Below, in pieces: positions 8,902-17,400 of a stretch of 64,000 nt of DNA (positions are counted from its first letter, which is position 1; every line of letters starts with the position of its first letter). The translations under genes were made by a program, and so were the position numbers. The notes beneath the pieces were generated by a model. That model searched no databases. It was not told the origin of the DNA and was given only the letters and a program-made list of their open reading frames with translations. The stretch lies in contig OY759729.1 in the NCBI GenBank assembly GCA_963662585.1, positions 3,200,001 to 3,264,000 of the forward strand, given 5' to 3'. This DNA comes from Candidatus Cloacimonadales bacterium (GTDB taxonomy: Bacteria; Cloacimonadota; Cloacimonadia; Cloacimonadales; JAFGVF01).

Positions 8902-9018
8902 TAATTTATTGAAATAATTTGCTACCACCATAGCAAATTGTTGTAGGAAATAGGGAAATTCTACAACATTGAGCACAACCCAAAATTAAGGAAAACTATT
9001 AAATTTTAAGGAGTGACT

Positions 9019-12000
9019 ATGCGAAAGAAATTAATGATGATTTTAACATTATTAGTACTAATTGTTTCATTAAGTGCTATCTTTGTTGAAGTTGGCAGTG
9101 GAACAGAAACAACAAGCTACATCCCAGCTTATGGCTGGTATGATTATGGTTGGTCAAGAACAATTTATTTATCAACAGATTTGCTTAACGAAATGGAGAT
9201 AAATACCATAAGTTATAATGTCAATAATACACCAAACAATTATGAGATGTTAAACCAATCTTTTTATATTAAACATACTACAGAAGATAATATTACTTCT
9301 ATCGGCTATATAGATCCAACAACTGATGACAGTTATGAACTAGTCTTTTCAGGTGATCTTACTTACAATGGCACAGGATGGTATGATATTATTTTAGATA
9401 CTCCATTTAGTTATAATGGTACTGATAACTTAGAAATATTAGTCATCAATAATGATGGCTCTTATGTAACTGGACAACCTGTTTTTACAGGAACTTCTGT
9501 TACTCCAGAAAGAGCTGTTTATAAATATGCTGATGCCACTTTCCCAGCAGTCGATGGTACTTTATCGGCGATTTATCCTAACACAAGGTTCCACTTCAGT
9601 GCTGAAAATGAACCAAATATCCCTGTCTTAGTAACTCCTACTAATAATAGCTTTAATGTTAGCTCTCCTGTTGAACTAACCTGGACAAATGGTGAAGACA
9701 CTGATTGGGTAAAAGTATATTTTGGTGATGATTTAAGTCTTGTTGGTTCGATGGATGAAACTACTTTATTAGAAGATAACTATGCTCAGCAGACTCTATC
9801 TGTTGATGACTTAACATCCCTAACAACATATTACTGGAGAATTGTTGCAGGTAACGATATTACTGAATTATTAGCTTCATCTCCTATCTGGAGCTTTACT
9901 ACAAGTGCTGCTGAAGGGTCTATTGTCATTGGTAATGGAACTGCAGTAGATACTCACATTCCACTAGAACCTTTTTATGGATATACAGTTTCCCAAACTA
10001 TCTATAATCAAGAGTGGTTAAATGTGGAAAACCAAAGAATCGAAGCAATTGCTTACTATTATAATGGTGGCAGTGCTTGGACAGAAGATAATATTCAAGT
10101 ATATTTAAGTCATACTGATTTAGATTCCTTTGCTGATGGTGAATCATGGTTACCGATTGGCGATTTTGTACTTGTTTATGACGGACCTTTCACTGTTCCT
10201 GCTGAAGAAGGTTGGGTCTCCATACCTTTAACTGTACCTTTTAATTATAATAACGAACAGAACTTGGTAATAGCATTTGAATCTAATACTCAAGGCTATT
10301 TTGGTTCTGGTGATGATTTTTTTGGCTCAACAACAACTCTAGCTAATAGTATCTATCATTATAATGATGGAACTAATTATGATTTCATAACACCACCAAC
10401 GGGTACAGTCCAAAATTTCATTGCAAATGTTCTTTTAACTATGGGAGATATCCCAACTACTCCACAACTGATGGTTACCCCTGAAGAATATGATTGGAAT
10501 GATACAATTATCAATACAACCACTTATGCTACTACTTTCTCAATGAGAAATACTGGGCTTGGTGCTTTAACAATTAATAGTGTTTCAATAGATCAAGATG
10601 TAGATTTTATCTTCACTGATAATAATACTTACCCTATTGATATTACTAGCAATGTTGTACAATTCACTGTAGCTTTTAATCCACAAAGTGTTGGAGATTT
10701 TGAAGCTAATATCACTATCAATGATGCTGAAATTGGTGATACTGTTATTCCTTTAACAGGTAGCGGTTATGATGCCATGATCTATGATTTCCCTCATTTT
10801 GAAGGTTTTGAAGATGTAGAGAGTGGTCTGTTACCACAAGATTGGTCAGCAGTTGTTGAAAATGCTGATACTTATTCAGCAGTTGGAGTCAATACTTATG
10901 GTGGATTTGAAAGTAACAGTACTCTTAGACTGTATAATTCATCCACACTAGCTCCAGAGCTTTACGCGATCACACCTCCTGTCAATGATTTAGCTTCGAA
11001 TAGAATTAGATTTATGGCAAAAGGTTCGTCTGATGGTGCTCAACTTATCATTGGAACTACAGAAAATAATATAGGCGAATTGAATTTTACTGCCCGCGAT
11101 ACAATTACATGTAGTACTGTTTGGACACAATTCGTTCATAATTTTGATGGCGTTGATGAAGATGCAAGCTTCATAGGCTTGAAATATTTAGGTACAGGTA
11201 GTACTTATGTAACTGTATATGTTGATAATTTCTTTATTGAGCAAATTCCTACTGGACCAGCTATTGTAGTAACTCAAGATACTCTCAATTTCGGTGATGT
11301 CTATCTTAACAGAAATGGTGTTGCTCACTTGACAGTTGAAAACTGGGGTGTTACTCCACTTGAAATTGAAATGACTTCAACAGGAACAGAACTTGATTTT
11401 AATCCTAGCACAGCAACTATTGCTCCAGAGACTAGTCAAATTATAACAGTTAATTTAACACCAGAAGCTGAAGGCGCATATTCAGGAACTTTTGAAGTAC
11501 TTTCAAATGATACTAATATTCCATCAATAACTCTTGCTACAACTGCTTTCATTTTACCTCCTCTACCAGAGAACATTGCAGTAATTGGTACTGGAACTGC
11601 AACAAATCTTAGTATGCCTGTTGAACCTTATTATGGTTACACTTATTCACAAGTAATCTACTATGCTGGTGAAATTGGTATTCAAGGTCAAAGAATTGAA
11701 AAGATTAGCTGGCATTATAATGGTAATTCAGCTTGGGGTCCTGATGATTTTATTATCTATATGGGACATACTACTATGACTGAATTTGCCAATAATACTG
11801 ACTGGATTGATATTTCTGAATTCATGGAAGTTTATAATGGAACTTTAACAACAACTGCTGAAGATGGTTGGATTGAATTTGAATTAGATATTCCTTTTGT
11901 TTATGATAACACTCAGAACTTAGTTGTTGCTGTAGAAGAAAATACTCAAGGATACCATGGCTCAGCTGATGAATTCTACTGTACTACTTCAAGCTCAACT

Positions 12001-14031
12001 AGAGGTATTGTCTATTATAGCGATGGAACTAATCCTGACCCTATAGCACCTCCTGCTGCAAATTATATGAGAGATGCTTTTGCTAATATTACTTTAGAGT
12101 TTGGTGAAATCCCTGATGCTCCAGACTTAACAGTATATCCAATCAACTCTATTTTCGAAATGACTCCTGTAGATGGAACTTCTTTAGAAAAGAATATCAC
12201 AATGAGATCTATCGGTCTTCAAGATGTAACAATAGCTAGTGCTCCTACTATTTCTGGAGAAGATGCTGATCAATTTACTATCACAACCGATAATAATACT
12301 TATCCATTAGTATTGCCTTTCAATGATATAGCTACTATTGGTGTTTCCTTAACTCCAACTTCTGAAGGAAGCAAGAATGCAACTATCCAAATTATTGATA
12401 ATGCAACTCGTGTTACTCATGAAGTAAGTATTAGTGGCTATGCTTATGCTGATGACGGTAACGATATACCTAATACAGCTACAACTCTCACTCTTCCAGT
12501 AGAAGGAGATACTTATGCAATAATGCCAATTGGTGATATCGATTGGTATAAAATTCCTGCAATGGGTATTGGTGATACTTTATTAGCTTCTGTTGAAGAT
12601 GCTGGTGGAACAAGTGTAAGTGCTTCAATGTGGCTCTATGGACCTTTTGCAGATCCAAATGAAATTGTTCCTGCAACATTCCTTGATAATGGTTCAAGTA
12701 TTGACTTCGTTTTACCTCAAAGTGGTGACTATTACTTAAGAGTTGCAAAATCTAATGTTTACCCTCAAGGGGTGAATGCTCCTCTTAACAGAAAAAGAGA
12801 AAATGGTGATTTAGAAAGATTAGTTAGAGAAGACACAGGATTGTATAATCTATATGTTGATGCTAATTATAACTATTCATTCAATGCTCCTCTTACTTTA
12901 GCTGCAGCTAATCAATCAGGTTATGTTGAATTAACTTGGGTTGAGCCTCCTTATGAAAGATATCTAATTGGCTATAATGTTTATAGAGATGGTGCTGTAA
13001 TTACAGAAGAGATGATTCCTATCGGAACAAATCTCTATCATGATGCTGAAGTTGTAGTTGGTACAGAGTACGATTATTATGTTGTCGGAATGTATGAAGA
13101 TCCTGATGGATTCTCTTTACCTTCTAATATAGAAACTATTATTTATTATAATCTCGGAACTCCTTTATGGGGTGATGATTTTGAAGAACATCCTGATTTT
13201 GCTCTAAATATGCCAAACTGGATTCAATATGATGAAGATGGTGGAAATACTTATAGTATTACAGATGTTGAGTTTGAAAATGCTGGAGAACCAATGTCTT
13301 ACATGGTATTCAATCCTGCTTCAACTACTCCACCTGTAGAAGATATGATTCCACAAAGTGGAAGTAAGTTTATCACTTCATTTGCTTCAACAGAAGGTGT
13401 GAATGATGATTGGTTAATTTCTCCAGCTATTACTGTTGGAACAACTACAGTTGTATCATTCTATGCTAAGAGTTATACTGCTGATTATGGCTTAGAAAGA
13501 TTCGCAGTTAAGATGTCTCTTGGAGGTTCTGAAATAAGTAACTTCCAATACTCACTTCATCAAGGTGTTGAATATTTAGAAGCTCCAACAGAATGGACTC
13601 TTTATCATTTCAATGTTAGTGCCTTAACTGGTACCACAGTTAGATTCGCTATACAATGTGTTTCTGCTGATGCTTTCATCTTTATGGTAGATAACTTTAG
13701 AGTTGATTCTACAGATGATGGAGTAGATAATGAAGAAGTTGAAGATATTCCACAAGTTAATGCTTTAGCTCAAAACTATCCTAATCCATTCAATCCTGAA
13801 ACATCAATAGCTTTCAGTATGAAAGAAGCTGGTCGTGTAACAGTTGATGTCTACAATGTTAAAGGACAGAAGGTTAAAACTCTCGTAGATGAGTATAGAC
13901 AAGCTGGAAACCATAGCGTTGTTTGGAATGGTAGAGATGAAAATAATAGTAAAGTTGCTTCAGGCGTCTATTTCTACAAAATGAGAAATGGCAAATTTAG
14001 TTCAACTAAGAAAATGATTCTTATGAAATAA
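9019..14031 (+). CDS. Giant secreted multidomain surface protein (FN3, ASH/choice-of-anchor-D Ig, cleaved-adhesin/choice-of-anchor-J-like, FlgD/T9SS-like C-terminal domain), paralog 1
   Basis: Signal peptide MRKKLMMILTLLVLIVSLSA after SD AAGGAG, DDWLISP adhesin motif and C-terminal NYPNPFNPET...SGVYFY...KKMILMK. Confidence 0.85.
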   Translation: MRKKLMMILTLLVLIVSLSAIFVEVGSGTETTSYIPAYGWYDYGWSRTIYLSTDLLNEMEINTISYNVNNTPNNYEMLNQSFYIKHTTEDNITSIGYIDPTTDDSYELVFSGDLTYNGTGWYDIILDTPFSYNGTDNLEILVINNDGSYVTGQPVFTGTSVTPERAVYKYADATFPAVDGTLSAIYPNTRFHFSAENEPNIPVLVTPTNNSFNVSSPVELTWTNGEDTDWVKVYFGDDLSLVGSMDETTLLEDNYAQQTLSVDDLTSLTTYYWRIVAGNDITELLASSPIWSFTTSAAEGSIVIGNGTAVDTHIPLEPFYGYTVSQTIYNQEWLNVENQRIEAIAYYYNGGSAWTEDNIQVYLSHTDLDSFADGESWLPIGDFVLVYDGPFTVPAEEGWVSIPLTVPFNYNNEQNLVIAFESNTQGYFGSGDDFFGSTTTLANSIYHYNDGTNYDFITPPTGTVQNFIANVLLTMGDIPTTPQLMVTPEEYDWNDTIINTTTYATTFSMRNTGLGALTINSVSIDQDVDFIFTDNNTYPIDITSNVVQFTVAFNPQSVGDFEANITINDAEIGDTVIPLTGSGYDAMIYDFPHFEGFEDVESGLLPQDWSAVVENADTYSAVGVNTYGGFESNSTLRLYNSSTLAPELYAITPPVNDLASNRIRFMAKGSSDGAQLIIGTTENNIGELNFTARDTITCSTVWTQFVHNFDGVDEDASFIGLKYLGTGSTYVTVYVDNFFIEQIPTGPAIVVTQDTLNFGDVYLNRNGVAHLTVENWGVTPLEIEMTSTGTELDFNPSTATIAPETSQIITVNLTPEAEGAYSGTFEVLSNDTNIPSITLATTAFILPPLPENIAVIGTGTATNLSMPVEPYYGYTYSQVIYYAGEIGIQGQRIEKISWHYNGNSAWGPDDFIIYMGHTTMTEFANNTDWIDISEFMEVYNGTLTTTAEDGWIEFELDIPFVYDNTQNLVVAVEENTQGYHGSADEFYCTTSSSTRGIVYYSDGTNPDPIAPPAANYMRDAFANITLEFGEIPDAPDLTVYPINSIFEMTPVDGTSLEKNITMRSIGLQDVTIASAPTISGEDADQFTITTDNNTYPLVLPFNDIATIGVSLTPTSEGSKNATIQIIDNATRVTHEVSISGYAYADDGNDIPNTATTLTLPVEGDTYAIMPIGDIDWYKIPAMGIGDTLLASVEDAGGTSVSASMWLYGPFADPNEIVPATFLDNGSSIDFVLPQSGDYYLRVAKSNVYPQGVNAPLNRKRENGDLERLVREDTGLYNLYVDANYNYSFNAPLTLAAANQSGYVELTWVEPPYERYLIGYNVYRDGAVITEEMIPIGTNLYHDAEVVVGTEYDYYVVGMYEDPDGFSLPSNIETIIYYNLGTPLWGDDFEEHPDFALNMPNWIQYDEDGGNTYSITDVEFENAGEPMSYMVFNPASTTPPVEDMIPQSGSKFITSFASTEGVNDDWLISPAITVGTTTVVSFYAKSYTADYGLERFAVKMSLGGSEISNFQYSLHQGVEYLEAPTEWTLYHFNVSALTGTTVRFAIQCVSADAFIFMVDNFRVDSTDDGVDNEEVEDIPQVNALAQNYPNPFNPETSIAFSMKEAGRVTVDVYNVKGQKVKTLVDEYRQAGNHSVVWNGRDENNSKVASGVYFYKMRNGKFSSTKKMILMK

Positions 14032-14157
14032 AAAACTAGGAATTCCCACTGAGAGCGCCTTCATTTTGAAGGCATCTTAAATGGGAAGCCTTGCATCTTT
14101 GCAGGCATTGTCCTAGATACAAATATGAAAGCCCTACAGAAATGTGGGGCTATTTTT
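11536..14157 (+). repeat. 2.6-kb near-identical direct repeat, copy 1 (3' half of the gene, 3' UTR and terminator)
   Basis: Matches 17748-20369 at a constant offset of 6212 with only scattered substitutions. Confidence 0.95.
14036..14116 (+). other. Branched RNA structure in the 3' UTR, copy 1
   Basis: CTAGGA/TCCTAG closes TTCCCA/TGGGAA, GCCTTCA/TGAAGGC and GCC(T)TGCA/TGCAGGC stems. Confidence 0.55.
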
Positions 14158-14160
14158 ATT
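14130..14160 (+). terminator. Intrinsic terminator
   Basis: AGCCCTACA-GAAA-TGTGGGGCT followed by ATTTTTATT. Confidence 0.85.
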
Positions 14161-14294
14161 TAAAAGAAAGTGCAGTAGATTATTACTGCTAAATTCAATA
14201 AAAACAATAATAGTTGATATATAGGTATAATTTTTGCATATATTTATAGTAGTAAGCAAGTTGATTACATAAAGTTAAAAGATGTAAAAAAAAC

Positions 14295-14327
14295 TTGTCA
14301 AAAAATTATAGAAAATGTTATTTTGCG
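14295..14327 (+). promoter_or_regulatory. Putative promoter of surface protein 2
   Basis: A-tract, TTGTCA, 18 nt, TATTTT-GCG. Confidence 0.55.
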
Positions 14328-14441
14328 AATGAAATACTCTATAGATTTAAAATAAGTTATAGATAAGCTATATTTATTCTATAGAAATTAGTTATATAAG
14401 CACAACCCAAAATTAAGGAAAAAAAGACAAAAGGAGTGACT

Positions 14442-17400
14442 ATGCGAAAGAAATTATTTTTCGTAACGATTTTGATGTTACTGATGGCATCGTTAAGTGC
14501 TATCTATGTGGAAATAGGAACAGGAACTACAACCACCAATTATATTCCAGCCTATGGATTTTATGATTATGGTTGGTCTCGATCAATTTATCTCCAATCT
14601 GAACTAATCAATGAAATGGAGATTACCACAATTAGCTACAATGTTGGAAATACACCAGCAGGCTATATTATGGAAAATCAATCTTATTATATTAAACACA
14701 CTACCGACTCTTCAATTACTTCTACAGACTATGTTGACCCTACCACAGATGATTCTTATGAATTAGTCTTTTCGGGAAACATAACTTATAATGGTGGCGG
14801 ATGGCATGATATAATTTTAGATACAGCCTTTGATTATAATGGTACTGATAATTTAGAAATATTAGTTATTAATAATGATGGTTCTTATACAACTGGTTAT
14901 CCAAACTTTTATACAAGCCCTGCAACTCCTGAAAGAGCTGTATATAAATATGCAGACAACACTTTCCCAACCACTGCAGGAACATTATTTGCTGGATATC
15001 CAAATATTAGATTCCATTTTACTGCAGAAGGTGAGCCTAATATGGCTACTTTGACAGCACCAGAAAATAATAGCTTCAGTCTCGAAGCTCCTATCGATTT
15101 AACATGGACTAATGGAGAGAATACCGATTGGGTAAAAGTCTATTTTAGTTCTCTTGCTGAAGAAGTTGCAACAATGGATGCAAATGCTTTGCTTGCAGAT
15201 AACTATACTCAACAATCTTATACTGTTGATGATTTAGACGCCTTAACAACTTATTATTGGAAAATTGTTTCTGGTAATAATACTACTGAATTTCTTGCCT
15301 CTACTTCAGTTTGGAGTTTTACTACTAGTGCAGCTGATGGTTCAATCGTAATTGGTAATGGGCAAGAAATAAATACCCATTTACCTATGGAACCATATTA
15401 TGGATATACTATATCTCAATCTATTTATGATCAAGAATGGCTTAATGTTGATGATCAAAGAATTGAGCAAGTATCCTATTATTATAATGGTAACAGTGCT
15501 TGGACTGAAGATAATGTTCAAGTTTATCTAGGTCATACTGAATTAGATGAATTCTCAGATGGTAGCTCATGGTTACCTCTTAGTGATTTAGTGCTTGTTT
15601 ATGACGGACCTTTAAGTGTAACAACTGAAGAAGGTTGGGTAACTATTCCTCTTACAGTTCCTTTTAACTATAACAATACAGATAATTTAGTTATAGCTTT
15701 TGAATCAAATACGCAAGGTTACTCTTCTTCAGGTGATGAATTTTATGGTACAACTACTAATGGCAACAAAAGTTTATGGTATTATTCAGACTCTGTAAAT
15801 AGTGATTTTATTACTCCTGCAGATGGAACAATTACCAGCGTAATACCTAATATTTTGCTAACAATGGGTGATATTCCTACAACTCCTCAATTGATGGTAA
15901 CTCCTGATGAGTATAGCTGGGAAAACACAATTATTCATACATCAGCTAATACTGTAACATTCTCAATGAGAAATACAGGTTTAGGTATTTTAGGTATTAA
16001 TAGTGTAACAATAGATCAAGATGTTGATTTTATCTTAACAGATAACAACACTTACCCTTTAAGTATTACTGATGAAGTTGCTCAATTTACTGTTACTTTC
16101 CATCCTCTTACAGTTGGGGATTTTGAAGCTAACATCACTATCAATGACGCTGAAATTGGTGATACAGTTATTCCTCTTACAGGTACTGGTTATGATGCAA
16201 TGATCTATGACTTCCCTCATTTAGAAGGTTTCGAAGATACTGCAGTTGGTGAATTACCTCAAGATTGGAATAGAATAATTAACAGCACTAATGCTTATAC
16301 AACTGTTGCGGTTATCGCTTCCAATCCTTATGAAGGTGCTCAATCTTTAAGATTCTATAATTCATCAGATTTAGAAGCAGAAGTGTTTGCAATTACACCT
16401 CCTATCTCAGGTTTAACAACCAAAAGAATTAGATTCCAAGCTAAAGCTTCAGATGAAAATACTGAATTGAAAATTGGTGTATGTGATTCTAATAATGATA
16501 TGGAGAATTTTGAAGAAATTCAAACCCTTACCTTAACCACTGAATATCAAGAGTATTTTGTTAGTCTTAATGTTGAAGATGACAGTAATCAATTTATTGT
16601 TTTTAGAGCAGATTCTTTCTTGAATACTTATGACTATATCTATATTGATGATATCTCTATTGAAGAAATGCCAACAGGTCCTGTTACTTTGATAACACCA
16701 CTTGCATGGGATTACCCTGAAACAATACTCAATTCATCTTCACAAGCTATTTTCAACATTCGTAACATTGGTTTTGGAACATTAACTATCAATAGTATAG
16801 TTCTTGATCAAGAAACTGATTTTATCCTTGTTGATGAAAATGAATATCCTTTAGAAATTACTAGTCAGATAGTTCCTATTGGTGTTAATTTTCACCCTCT
16901 AACAGAAGGTGATTTTACTGCTAACTTAACTATTACTGATAGTGAGGGAACAGCAACTGTAATACCACTCACAGGAACAGGCTATGACGCCATGATCTAT
17001 GACTTCCCTCATTTTGAAGGGTTTGAAGATTATGAAACTAATGCTATACCACAAGATTGGTCTGTAGTAACAAACAGCACTTCTACTTATGCTACAGCAA
17101 ATGTTTTTACAACTGCTTATGAGGGAACTAAAGGATTTAGATTCTATAACTCAGCTGACCCAGAAGCAGAAATTACTGCTCTTACTCCTCCAGTTAATGA
17201 TTTAACTTCAAGAAGAATTAGATTTATGGGTAAGGCCTCTACTGCAGGTGTTGGTCTAATAATTGGAACAGCTAGTAATAATAGCGGTGATATTAACTTT
17301 ACAGCTCGAGATACTGTATATTTCACAACTGATTTCATGCAATTCCAACATGGTTTTGCAGATGCTAATGAAGATGATCAATTTATAGCACTCAAATTCC

